This document shows, one piece after another, positions 29,795 through 39,911 of a stretch of DNA of 64,000 bases. The notes under the pieces are model-generated. The model was given only the letters and a program-made list of their open reading frames with translations. It was not told where the DNA came from and ran no database searches. The DNA is from Ruegeria sp. (GTDB lineage: Bacteria > Pseudomonadota > Alphaproteobacteria > Rhodobacterales > Rhodobacteraceae): positions 48,076 through 112,075 of the forward strand of contig NZ_CBDCRS010000005.1 in NCBI RefSeq assembly GCF_965221235.1. Reading direction: 5' to 3'. The first letter of the stretch is position 1. Every line of letters begins with the position of its first letter. Made by a program: the position numbers and the translations under genes.

Positions 29795-30594
29795 CACAGG
29801 TGTCCAAACCACAAACTGTCGATGTGCACGCCTTGCCCGCCCTGTTCACCGCTTTGCGTCTGCCCAGCTTCCAGCACCACTGGGAGCGCTTCGCGCAACA
29901 GGCCGATACCGAGAACTGGCCTGCAGCCAGGTTGCTGGCCACTCTAGCCGAGATCGAATTGGCTGAGCGCGAGGAACGCCGCATTCGACGCCACCTGGGC
30001 CAATCGGGCCTGCCCGGCGGAAAAACCCTGGCCACATTCGAGTTCAAAGCCGTACCTGAGCTGTCACAAGCCCGGATCGAGGCGCTCGCAGCAGGCGACT
30101 GGGTTGAAACCGGCGCCAATCTGATCGCCATCGGAAACTCCGGCGCGGGCAAGACGCATATTCTTTGCGCCATAGGACATGCTCTGATCGAAGCCGGGAA
30201 TCGCGTCCTCTACACGCGAACAACCGATCTGGTACAGAAACTTCAGGCTGCCCGGCGAGATCTCGTGTTGGAAACTGCACTGGCCAAACTCGACAAATTC
30301 GATCTCGTCATTCTGGACGACATCACATATGCCCAGAAAGACCACGCCGAAAGCTCTGTTCTCTTCGAACTTATCGCACGGCGCTATGAAAACCGAAGCC
30401 TTGCGATCGCTGCCAACCAGCCATTCAGTGCATGGGGCAAAATCTTCCCCGACCAAGCTGTTACCGTCGCAGCCATCGACAGGTTGGTTCATCACGCCAC
30501 GATCCTCGAGATGAACTTCGAAAGCTACAGGCGACGCTCAGCTGAAAATCAACGTCGGCCAAAACAAAAATCCACCGGAAAAGCCAAAACCTGA
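29791..30594 (+). CDS. istB: IS21 helper ATPase
   Basis: Protein identical to copy 1. Confidence 0.93.
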   Translation: MTQVSKPQTVDVHALPALFTALRLPSFQHHWERFAQQADTENWPAARLLATLAEIELAEREERRIRRHLGQSGLPGGKTLATFEFKAVPELSQARIEALAAGDWVETGANLIAIGNSGAGKTHILCAIGHALIEAGNRVLYTRTTDLVQKLQAARRDLVLETALAKLDKFDLVILDDITYAQKDHAESSVLFELIARRYENRSLAIAANQPFSAWGKIFPDQAVTVAAIDRLVHHATILEMNFESYRRRSAENQRRPKQKSTGKAKT

Positions 30595-30744
30595 AGGAGA
30601 AGCAAACCAGACCATAAACACGTCATGAACTGCGGCTAAAACCGGACAACGAGGTTGTCGCTACCGGACAAAATGGTTGACGGCGTACACGCGTCTTTGG
30701 CTGAACTTCGCAAAGTAGAAGTTGATGCGCACTGCAACCTAAAG

Positions 30745-31172
30745 TGTAAAGCACACGAATTGATCTGACATTTCTGCTCTCTTTGGAGCGCAACAAGGTG
30801 TGTCGATCAGTGACAAGCATTCATGAACAGATCATCAAACCGAAACTCGGACTGTTGGAACTGGCCAAGCCGCTCGACAGCGTGAGTCAGGCGCGCAAGG
30901 TCATGGGCTATTCTCGGGACAGCTTTTACCGGTTCAGGGAATTGTACGAACAGGGCGGTGCGGGGGCGCTGATGGACTTAAGCGGCAAGAAATCGGTCCC
31001 GAAGAACCGCGTGCCAGAGCACGTGGAAAAGGCCGTGATCGAATTGGCTATTGAGAACCCGGCTCTTGGGCAGAAACGCGCCTCCTGGGAGCTTCAACAG
31101 CAGGGCATCCTAGTTTAGTCGTCGGGGTGCGGTCGAATTGGTTGGGCAATGACCGGGAGTGTGAACGATAAT
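30745..31172 (+). mobile_element. IS481-family left-end remnant with truncated transposase N-terminus
   Basis: TGT start and TTGATCTGACA motif; IIKPKLGLLELA...VSQARKVMGYSRDSFYRF...KNRV; stop at 31118 then degraded. Confidence 0.7.
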
Positions 31173-32084
31173 TGAAGCGCGATTCCTATTGACGAGCAGG
31201 GTAGGGTTGTCGACCCATTTCCTCCATCATCTTTTCCCTGAACACCTCGGCGGGTGTCGTCGATCCCAGACATTTTCAGGGCGTTGCGTTGAGGCGGTCA
31301 CAGATCATTTTCAATTCATGATCTGAGATCGCCGTGATGTCGCGCTTACGGGGAAGCCAGCGTCCGACCCTGCGATTGGTGTTTTCGATAGTTCCTTTTT
31401 GCCATGGAGAAGATGGGTCGCAGAACCACGTTTGCGTTCCGATCTCGGCTTGAAGGTGCGGCCAACTGACAAATTCGGTTCCGCGGTCGAAGGTGATCGA
31501 TTTGCGCGCCAGGTGGGGCAAGTCGCGGACGGCTTTCATGATCTTGCCCATCACGGGTTTGGTGCGCTTGTTTGGCTTCTTCTGAAGCACCATGAACCGG
31601 CTGACGCGCTCGACAAGCGACGTGACATTTGATTGTCCAAAGCGTTGTTTGAACAGAACAAGATCAGCCTCCCAGTGGCCGAACTGACGGCGATGAGCAA
31701 CGTCGTCGGGGCGAAACAGGATGCTGACGTCGCGGTCAAACTTGGGCGCTTGGCGCTTTCTTGCCCGCCGGGGGCGACGAGACTTGCGATGCTCGGGCAG
31801 ATACCACCAGAGCTCCTGGGCCATGCCTTCCTTAGAATAGATGTATTGGTAGATCCTTTCCTGACAAACGCGCAGCTTTGCACCTTCGTAGATCATCCGG
31901 TTGCCGATCTGCTCAGGTGTCCAACCTTGCTTTATCCGTGCCACGACGTTCTAACAGAGATCAGGATGACGGATCAGTTTGCGTTGTACAGATCGGCGTT
32001 TCTGCGTCTGTTGATGTTCCGCATGACGAAGTAGCCCGCGTACATTTTGGCAAACGCATCATCATCCCAGAAATTGCGTTTTAA

Positions 32085-33537
32085 TACTACAGTTGCGCAT
32101 TGAGGCGGGACTTTCGATGGGCTCTGGCAGCAGCGGCCTGATGTGTTCTTCGCCAGAGGGACCATCCGAGAATGAAGGCGTCAGAAGGGGGCGTTGGGAG
32201 AATGAGGCGCGCGATCAATCTGAGGATTTCAACGGTCGAAAGAAAGCTTGGCGTAGTATATATCTCGGTTCGCAGAAAGCCTATGCGCTGCGGCCCGTTG
32301 CCGGACTCGTTTTGTTCACTTTCCCGAATGCATTGCGGCGCTGGTCCGCGCTGAGCTTTGCCAGAAATGCGGCGGTGGCCATCACAAGGCTCATATGCCG
32401 GTGCCAGCCATGCCAGGACCGGGCCTCGCAATGGTCCAGGCCCAGATCATCCTTTGCCCTGAGAAAACACTCTTCAATAGTCCAGCGCAGCCCGGCCGCA
32501 GCGGCCAGTTCCGCCAAGGTGGTATTGGCGGGCGCATAAGCGAAGTAATAGGCTATGGAAGCGCGATCATGACGGCTCCTGCGCGCCAGAACCCATTTGA
32601 TAAACCCGTCTTTGGTCTGTTTACCGATGGGCAGACGCGCCCACTCGTAAAGGCGCGGTCCTTTCGCGCCCTCTCCGGCGGCAAGAGGTCGCCAGGCTTC
32701 GGGGCCCAGTTCTCCGGTCAGGGTGGCGGGATCGGTCTGGATGAGGTGATCGTCTTCGACAAGACGCAGTGTATGCGTGGACTTCACCGCCAATACATAG
32801 GACTGCCCGCGCTGCTCCAGCATGCGCCGGAACCCGCTGTCGGACCCGTAAACAGCATCGGCCAGCACAAAGGCGCAGGGGACACCTTCATCAAGGAGAC
32901 GGGAAACCATCGCGCGAGCCATCTGCGGCTTGGTGGCAAATCCCACCTCCTGCGGGACATGAGCTTTGGCACGGCGATCCGGATCCTCCGCCCACGCCTT
33001 CGGCAGATAGAGTTGCCGATCGATCAGCGCATGACCCCAGCGGCTCGCATAAGCGGCAAATACCCCGATCTGACAGTTCTCTACCCGCCCCGCTGTACCC
33101 GAATACTGTCGGGCAACCCCAACCGAATGCTCGCCCTTCTTCAAAAAACCGGTCTCGTCCACAACAAGAACACCTTCAGGATCGCCAAGAATGTCAACGG
33201 CATATTTGCGAACAAGGTCACACAGCGCATCGGCGGACCAGGAAGAGCGCCCCAGCAGCGACTGTATCCGATATGGCTTGTCAAAACCGGCTTCTTCCGA
33301 AAGCATCCAGCCCGTCTTGCGTTCAGCCCCCGACAGCAAGCCGTCTATGAAGGCACCCGCTGTCCGGCGCTGTTCAATACGCCGGAAGGCCGGGGCAACA
33401 AAAGACTTCAATTCTTCCAGAGACTTGCGCCAGTCAACAAGCGTTTCCCTCCAGACCGACCCCGCCATCTCCAAAACCTCCCAATTACCAGATCACCAGT
33501 AATGAATCAGAGATCAAGTCAATGCGCAACTGTAGTA
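32085..33537 (-). mobile_element. IS701-family element with TTAA target duplication
   Basis: Perfect 19-bp IR TACTACAGTTGCGCATTGA; TTAA at 32081-32084 and 33538-33541. Confidence 0.88.
32281..33474 (-). CDS. IS701 transposase
   Basis: VVDETGFLKKG, VARQYSGTAGRVENCQ, LADAVYG, RWTIEECF. Confidence 0.9.
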   Translation of the reverse strand: MEMAGSVWRETLVDWRKSLEELKSFVAPAFRRIEQRRTAGAFIDGLLSGAERKTGWMLSEEAGFDKPYRIQSLLGRSSWSADALCDLVRKYAVDILGDPEGVLVVDETGFLKKGEHSVGVARQYSGTAGRVENCQIGVFAAYASRWGHALIDRQLYLPKAWAEDPDRRAKAHVPQEVGFATKPQMARAMVSRLLDEGVPCAFVLADAVYGSDSGFRRMLEQRGQSYVLAVKSTHTLRLVEDDHLIQTDPATLTGELGPEAWRPLAAGEGAKGPRLYEWARLPIGKQTKDGFIKWVLARRSRHDRASIAYYFAYAPANTTLAELAAAAGLRWTIEECFLRAKDDLGLDHCEARSWHGWHRHMSLVMATAAFLAKLSADQRRNAFGKVNKTSPATGRSA

Positions 33538-33540
33538 TTA

Positions 33541-34594
33541 AAGCCTTTCGAGATTAGTTTGCAACATATCCTGCGGCCTTGAAGTAGTTCCAGCACTCTG
33601 TTGGATCGTAGAGATCGCAGATTGATCCGATAGCCTCGAAGACTTCGGTGAAGGTTCTCGCCCCGATCCGTCTCAAATGGGCTTTCAGTTTTGAGAAAGC
33701 TAGTTCGATGGGGTTCAGGTCGGGCGAGTATGGTGGCAGGTAGAGAAACCAACATCCATGGTCACGCAGGGCCTGTGCTGCCTCTTTGTTCCGGTGCGTG
33801 GCTAGGTTGTCGAGGATGACGACAGTGCCGGGCGCTATTTCCTTGACGAGGACTTCTCGGATGTAGGCGGCGAATGCCGGGCCATCCATTGCGCCCTTGA
33901 TGACCCACGGCGCGATCAACGCGTCCTGAGTCAGCCCCGCGATCAGCGTCTGTGTACCCCAACTGCCAAACGGCGCGTCCATGGTCAGCCGTTCTCCTTG
34001 AGGTGCCCAGCCACGGAGCCGGGTGAGGTTCGTCTTTACCGCCGTTTCGTCGATGAACACCACGCGGTCCGGCATTCGGGCGATGGCTGGCGAACGATAA
34101 GCAGACCAATCGTCGCGCTGTCGTCTTACCTTGGCGCGACGGCGTTCGGTGGCCACCAGCGACTTTTTTTGTGAGTGAAGCCAAGGCGCTTCAACAATCC
34201 GGCAATGGCCGAATGATGAACAGTGATCCCCACAGCATCGGCAAGCGCATCGCGCAACTCGAAAAGGGTAATGTCGGGGTCTTGAGCTAACAACTCGCGG
34301 AAGAACCCGACATGGGGTGCCAACTTTCCGCTGCCCGGTGGACGCCCCATCGGGGCAATTTGGGCCGCGCCAGACGCGTGTATCTGGCGTCTCCAACGCG
34401 CACCGGTCGCGGCGGACACCTGAAGACGGCGCGACGCCTCCCTCCCTGACAGCCCTTCTTCGATCAAGCGCGCAAAACGATCTCGTAGTTCCTTTGGCAA
34501 CGGTGCTGGCATATTCCTGATCCTCCCAAAAAGGGTGAATCACAAATCAAACCTCAGGGGAACCCTGCCGATTCAAACTTTGCTCGAAAAGCTT
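33541..34594 (-). mobile_element. IS630-family element, two-ORF transposase joined by -1 frameshift
   Basis: TA flanks, IRs AAGCCTTTCGAG / AAGCTTTTCGAG; ORFs 34126-34512 and 33554-~34170; slippery A7G at 34163-34170; FIDET, ILDN, YSPDLNPIE. Confidence 0.88.
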
Positions 34595-34929
34595 TAGCTC
34601 GCAAAAGATCGTTGATTTGTGACGCTTCAGAACCCGCGCCATCTCGGCGACAGAGACTTTGGCGTGGCACCAGCCCTCTATTTGGCGATGTTTCTGGAGG
34701 GATAGTTGCGTGTAACGACGCACATGGCATGATCTCTCACTAGATAACATTTTGTTTTCTAACAAGAGTCGCACTTCAGAGTGGCGCGTTCCAAGCATTT
34801 GCAAGTGTTGCAACCAAGTAGAAATGTCACTGGTTTTGCAAAGCAGGAATGTCACCATAATGCGCGACGGTAGCAAGGCTTAGCAGCTCGGAGACCTCAA
34901 ATACCGCAGGGCTGAAAAGCCTTGCGGGA

Positions 34930-35346
34930 TTAGTCGTCGGAACTGTCGTAGATATCGAAGTCTATTGTCAGGCAGCGCGCGGCCAGTTCCTCCAGGGTCT
35001 CGCTTGACAGGCTGATACCTTCATTGCCTTCCGCCATGAACAAGCCGCAAAAAATGTCTGCGCGGAATCGTGTGGTAAGCTTTTTCCATATTTCTGTGTC
35101 GTCAGTGAGCTGGTCCAGAATTTCGGATATCTGGGCATCCAAGTCACCAGGTTCCAGACGCTCTGCGCGCAATCGCCAAACACCTGTTCGCGCTATTCTC
35201 TTTCATCCTGTGACCTTACCAATAATCTCTTCGCCCATCCTCTCCGAATTGGACGGCTTGCAACCAAGAAGTTTTGTAATCTCATCCGATTCCAGATCGG
35301 CGCCGAAGATACGCAAATATGCCGCCGAAGCGCTCAATACAGCCAT
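34930..35346 (-). pseudogene. DUF4279-like protein, one in-frame TGA
   Basis: 138-codon frame MAVLSASAAYLRIFGADLESDEITKLLGCKPS...G*KRIARTGVWRL...LTIDFDIY; stop at 35203-35205. Confidence 0.55.
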
Positions 35347-35414
35347 GGACTATTTCTCTCGCAGGAAATATCGCAACACAAATTAGCTATTCCGCTGCCC
35401 GCACAATTGCCTTT

Positions 35415-36501
35415 TTAGGGCGCGTTCTCGGTGGCCGACCGGGGCTCCGACCATTGGGCTTGTAACCCATCTTCTCTGAATTGGTCCTCACCCTGGGCTT
35501 TGGTGGAGCTTGTTCCTGCATCCCCTTGATATGCGCCAGCACAGCCCCCAGCGTTTGTTCTCCGTGACCGCGGCGTGGGTAACGCGCTGGTCCATATCGA
35601 AGATCCGATAGGGCAGGGACTGGCCTTTCCAGCGCACCTCGAACGGGCCATCGACAAAGGCATAGGTTTCCACGAATTTACCAACCAGGCCGAGTGACGT
35701 CTCAATTCCTTGATGAGTTGATCCTGAAGCGTGCGGTTGGCACGTTCGATACGACCTTTGGCCTGCGAGCTGTTCGCGCACAGAATCTCAATGTTTAGCT
35801 CGTTCAGGGCACGGCCGAATTGGGTCATGCCAGCGCCGCCTTTGGCATCTTCCTTGGCCACACGAAACACCGTGTGTTTGTCGCTGTAGAACGCTACCGG
35901 CCGACCATGTTTATGAAGATAGCTCTCAAGCGCTTCGAAGTAGCTTAAGGTGCTTTCCGCCTTCACAAAGCGAAGCTCCATCAAGGTGCTGGTGGCGTCA
36001 TCGACGAAGATGAGCAGGGTGCAGGGATCGCCTCGATCCTCAAACCAGCGGTGGTCGGAGCCGTCAATCTGGATCAATTCCCCGTAGCATTCCCGCCGCA
36101 GGCGCGGCTGATGGAATGTTCGGCGCTGCTTGCGAGATAGCCAGGTTCGATCTTCCACCATCCATTTGCGCAAAGTCTCACGCGAAACCTTGAAGCCGTG
36201 ATGCTCAGCTAACTTCTCTGCGGCCAATGTCGGCCCGAAATCGGAATAACTCTCTTTGACCAACGCCAAGACGTAATCGCGCTTCGCTCTGTGAATCGGA
36301 TTGTTAGGAGGTTTGCCGCGGGCCTTGTGCTGGATCGCAGTTGCGCCGACCAAAACGTTAGCGCTTCAGTAGCCGAAACACCTGGCGCCGCGTCAAGTCC
36401 AGCAGGTTCGCAGCATTATCTACCATCAAGCGGCCATCATCGACCTGTGCCATTACTTCCACACGATTCAATTCGAGCTCGCTCATCATCACCCAACCCA
36501 T
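35415..36501 (-). pseudogene. IS1202/ISNCY transposase, degraded
   Basis: MGWVMMSERE...LLKR* N-terminus, FGPTLAAEKL, QIDGSDH, VDDATS, YSDKH, KGRIER; stop near 36358 and an apparent internal deletion near 35700. Confidence 0.8.
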
Positions 36502-36588
36502 GCTCGATCTTCCTAGTTTTGTTATAAGAGGAGAGTGACATTCCTGAATTGCTCATGGGTGACACTTTAGCTTTGCGGTCACAGCAAG

Positions 36589-36616
36589 ATATCTTATAAT
36601 CTTAATTATGTTAAAT
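36589..36616. other. dif-like XerC/XerD recombination site
   Basis: ATATCTTATAA-TCTTAA-TTATGTTAAAT: 11-6-11 layout; right arm identical to the E. coli dif XerD arm. Confidence 0.75.
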
Positions 36617-36635
36617 ATATATCGCTAAGACCAGT

Positions 36636-37526
36636 TCAGATACTTCCGCCCAAAGCCTGCCTTAACATCCAGATCATGCGGAGGAATCTTAGGCGAAACA
36701 GGGTTTTGACCGCTCTTAGCGTTTCACCAGTTGAGTTCAATTTCTGACTGGCCAGAACTTTTGGCGTATGCACCACAGCGCTTGCGGGCATAGCCAGAGC
36801 ACGCAGCGCCCAACGCATGCGGTCCGTAAGGCCGGTCCCGTTAAGTTGATATGCCTCTTGCGTGGTGCGACGCCACTTCGCCTTCAGCGCCGGCCAGTCC
36901 TGACGAGATGGATGGCTGACCCGAAGGCGATCTTCGTAGATCAGGCTATAGCCCTTTGCTACGGCACGCATGGTCCATTCCCTGTCTTCCGACACGCCGT
37001 TGATAAAGCCGCCGATCGCGTCGAAAATGTCCCGTCTGGTCAGAAGATTACCAGCGCCTGAAAAGCCCTGAACTTCGATGTACTTCTTGAAATTGAACGC
37101 AAAAACGGTCTCAAAAGCTTCGGCGCCGCTGCGGGGTGGCGGGGTTTCGTCGAAAACATCGACACGCCCGCCGATCAAGTCTGCCTGCGCGGATATCTCT
37201 CGGCCCACAGCCAACCAGTCAGGACCGGGAACGCAATCGGCATCAATGAAGAACAGTCGTTGCGCGCCGGTTTCGGACACGCCGCGATTGCGCGCATGCG
37301 CTGCCCCCTTTTGGTGTTCGACAATGAAACGCACTGTTGGGAAAGCGCAGCGCACATGCTCCAACGACACCGGAGACGCATTGTCGACCACAACAACCTC
37401 TGTACCGGACAGATCATTCTCCATTAGCGCTTGCAAGCAGCGCTTTAGCCTCGGAATGTCGTTGTAGTGCGGAATGATGACCGCGTCGGTCACGGGCCTG
37501 TCAGTAATAGCCTTGTTCATTACCAA
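36636..37526 (-). CDS. Glycosyltransferase family 2
   Basis: VIIPHYN, VVVDNAS, ARNRG, FIDAD, SEDREW. Confidence 0.88.
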   Translation of the reverse strand: MVMNKAITDRPVTDAVIIPHYNDIPRLKRCLQALMENDLSGTEVVVVDNASPVSLEHVRCAFPTVRFIVEHQKGAAHARNRGVSETGAQRLFFIDADCVPGPDWLAVGREISAQADLIGGRVDVFDETPPPRSGAEAFETVFAFNFKKYIEVQGFSGAGNLLTRRDIFDAIGGFINGVSEDREWTMRAVAKGYSLIYEDRLRVSHPSRQDWPALKAKWRRTTQEAYQLNGTGLTDRMRWALRALAMPASAVVHTPKVLASQKLNSTGETLRAVKTLFRLRFLRMIWMLRQALGGSI

Positions 37527-38337
37527 AGGCTCCGCTGATATAGCGGCATTTGTTCAGGACAATGCCCATGACCTGCGTAAGCTCGGACAATTGCCGCTCG
37601 GCCACGTCTATGTCGTCAAGGCTGGTCTCTTCGGCTGCGGCCATCAGCAAAGCGCAATCCACATTCTTGAGGAACCCGTGGCTGTCGTCGCTTACCAAAA
37701 GCGGTGCCGTGTCGAACAGAACGATATCGGGTTTGAATTCCTCTTCGATTTGCTCAAGCATTTCGATCGCCAACCGGCTTTGCAGAGTTTCCGCGGGATT
37801 GCTTGTCGGGGTATAGTTCAGCCCGAAAATCACGTTCTCGCCATAGCGCCGTGCGTGATCCCGAAATGGCACCGATCCCTGCAGAACATCGGCCATATTG
37901 TGGTTGCCCGTCTGCTTGAGTATCTCGGCCAGCCCCCTGCGGCGCATGTCCAGATCAATGACGATCGTGCGCAGTTCCGCCTGACGTCCAAGGCTGAAGG
38001 CCAGATTGGCGGCCGCTGTGCTTTTGCCACATCCGCTATGCGGAGATGTCAGCGCCACACGCCGCCAGCCGTTCGACAGAACCTGCTGCATCATCTTTGT
38101 GCGCAGCATGTCATAAGGCGTCGCGTCAGGTCCGCTGGTGTAGGAACTCAGGCGTTTGCTTGCGACCAATGAGGGATCGATGCTGATCTGAGGAAGCGCG
38201 CTCCAGGCTTCGTCTGGCTCGACCGAGGGGCTTGGCGCATTGGGCTGCTGGGTATGGGACAGCACGACCGCGGGGTCGCTCTGACGGGTCGCGCGTTCCT
38301 CACGGGCTTTCTGGATGGCGGCCTGAAGACGGTCCAT
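37501..38337 (-). CDS. CpsD/CapB-type BY-kinase domain
   Basis: SPHSGCGKST, VIDLDMRR, LFDTAP, C-terminal GYY. Confidence 0.85.
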   Translation of the reverse strand: MDRLQAAIQKAREERATRQSDPAVVLSHTQQPNAPSPSVEPDEAWSALPQISIDPSLVASKRLSSYTSGPDATPYDMLRTKMMQQVLSNGWRRVALTSPHSGCGKSTAAANLAFSLGRQAELRTIVIDLDMRRRGLAEILKQTGNHNMADVLQGSVPFRDHARRYGENVIFGLNYTPTSNPAETLQSRLAIEMLEQIEEEFKPDIVLFDTAPLLVSDDSHGFLKNVDCALLMAAAEETSLDDIDVAERQLSELTQVMGIVLNKCRYISGAFGNEQGYY

Positions 38338-38368
38338 TACACCTTCCTCAAATTGTAAGGAGTATAAA

Positions 38369-39910
38369 TCACCAGTAGACCTCCAACTTTTCGATGACCT
38401 GATCGGCGATCAAGTCCAGCGGCAAATAGTACATGTGAACGGCCCAGATGGCGGCAGGTATAGAAATCACTATTGCCAGAATCGCTACGGACCACGCCAT
38501 CCGTGCCCGGATCACTTCACTGCGTGAGCGTACATAGGGAATCGCGGCGATAGGCCAGACTTCCAGCTTGTTGATCAAATCCTCGGGGCGGCGCACGGAC
38601 CGGTTCAGAAGTTCCAGCAGGATGATCAGACCAATCCCCAATGCCATGCCAAAGAACGTTCCGCCACCGGCAACCGCCATCCGGTTTGGCTTGGTCGGAG
38701 AGCTGGGGACCGACGGATATTCGATCACCGAAATACGCTGACCCTGCGAAGTCACTTCGATCCGTTCCCCGGTCGATGCGGCGGCCAGGCGACCCACTGC
38801 ATTGTTATACTGCGATTGAATATTGTCATGGTCCCGCTGCAATTCGTCCAGCGCGATTGCGTTTGCGGGTGTCTGGTCGATCGTCAGTGTCAGCTTTGTC
38901 AGCCGATCCTGCAGCAAGGCCCGCTGATCCTCGACCGACTCAATCTGACTGTCGAGCTGGGCCAGTTGCAAATCAAGCGCGGAATTCCCCGTCTGCTGGT
39001 TGGTCGCATCCACATTGGCGGCCTGCTCGGCGGCGACCGTTTCCTCCAGCTTGGAAATTCTGGCGCGCAGGATTTTGATCTGCGGGTTACTCTCGGAATA
39101 AATCGCCCGCTGTGCATCAAGCTGGTTTCGCAACTGGTCGAGTTGCTGCTGAGCCTGAGATTTGTTCTGCTGAGGAACGCCTACGATCTGACCCGTCGTT
39201 CCGTAGATCTCAAGCAGCTTCTCGCGCTGGCTCTTGAGCGAGAAGATTTGCTGATCCATCTGTTGCAGATTGGCCTGCTGCGCCCCTTGCTGCGCCAGCC
39301 GGAACTGAAGGCTGCTGGGCAGAGCGCCCGAGTTCTCTCGTTTGAACTCAAGGATTCGGGCGCTGCGCGTATCAAGCTCTTTGCCCAGGCGTTCGACTTC
39401 GTTTTCAAAGAAGCTCAGCGTGTCGGATGCGCGGTTTTTGCGGTAGGACACGTCCAGTTTCTGAATCTCAGTCAGATATTCATTCAGCACCCCGGCAGCG
39501 ATCTGACCGCTTCGGGCGTCAAAGGTTATTGTCATCAGGCTCGCCTGGTTTTGCCCTGCACTGATCCGCACCTTTGTATTGACCCGCATGGCATCGACGA
39601 TCTGATCCGGGCTTGCGGCTTCCAGATCAGGTAGGACCGCGTGCTTTCGCGCGATATCCAGCAGCACAGGGCGTGTCAGCAGCCGTTGTTCGATGATCTG
39701 AAGCTGTTCTCCGGCAGTGGTGTTGACCGTGCTGGACGCCAGATTGCCCGGGATCTGCGGTGATTCAACGATCAGCCGCATCTGTGACACGTAGGTTGGC
39801 GGCAAATTCAGGGCGATCGTGACGGAGGCGGCCGACACTATAACGGCCACGATCAGGAAATAAGGCAGACGCCGCAGAAAAATGGAAATGTAATAGCGAA
39901 CCAGGCCCAT
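38369..39910 (-). CDS. Polysaccharide co-polymerase (Wzc N-terminal/GumC-like)
   Basis: Two TM segments flanking long coiled coil; VIEYPSVPSSPTKPNR. Confidence 0.85.
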   Translation of the reverse strand: MGLVRYYISIFLRRLPYFLIVAVIVSAASVTIALNLPPTYVSQMRLIVESPQIPGNLASSTVNTTAGEQLQIIEQRLLTRPVLLDIARKHAVLPDLEAASPDQIVDAMRVNTKVRISAGQNQASLMTITFDARSGQIAAGVLNEYLTEIQKLDVSYRKNRASDTLSFFENEVERLGKELDTRSARILEFKRENSGALPSSLQFRLAQQGAQQANLQQMDQQIFSLKSQREKLLEIYGTTGQIVGVPQQNKSQAQQQLDQLRNQLDAQRAIYSESNPQIKILRARISKLEETVAAEQAANVDATNQQTGNSALDLQLAQLDSQIESVEDQRALLQDRLTKLTLTIDQTPANAIALDELQRDHDNIQSQYNNAVGRLAAASTGERIEVTSQGQRISVIEYPSVPSSPTKPNRMAVAGGGTFFGMALGIGLIILLELLNRSVRRPEDLINKLEVWPIAAIPYVRSRSEVIRARMAWSVAILAIVISIPAAIWAVHMYYLPLDLIADQVIEKLEVYW

Positions 39911-39911
39911 C

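Larger units (their letters stand above)
28097..30689 (+). mobile_element. IS21 family element, copy 2 (2593 bp) with 6-bp target duplication
   Basis: CGCGTC at 28091-28096 and 30690-30695; inverted relative to copy 1. Confidence 0.93.
31173..34778 (-). mobile_element. IS30-family element, pseudogenised, split by nested IS701 and IS630
   Basis: Imperfect IRs TGAAGCGCGATTCCTATT / TGAAGTGCGACTCTTGTT; GHWEADLV, TFDRGTEF, PWQKGTIENTN; N-terminal HTH at 34597-34723; premature TGA at 31276; 1093 bp after removing the inserts. Confidence 0.85.
34806..36583 (-). mobile_element. IS1202-type (ISNCY) element with passenger gene and 5-bp target duplication
   Basis: Both ends start TGT with TGTCAC at positions 20-25 and a second GGAATGTCAC; GCAAG at 34801-34805 and 36584-36588. 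Confidence 0.85.

Noticed and set aside
34163-34170. IS630 split ORF as a pseudogene
   Set aside because: A-AAA-AAG is a canonical programmed -1 frameshift site joining the two frames
35200-35208. In-frame TGA in the DUF4279-like gene as selenocysteine or recoding
   Set aside because: No Cys-type context or evident SECIS; the adjacent transposase is also decayed, so a nonsense mutation is simpler
36602-36614. TTAA-TTATG-TTAA as a CtrA box
   Set aside because: Spacer is 5 bp, not 7; better explained as part of the dif-like site
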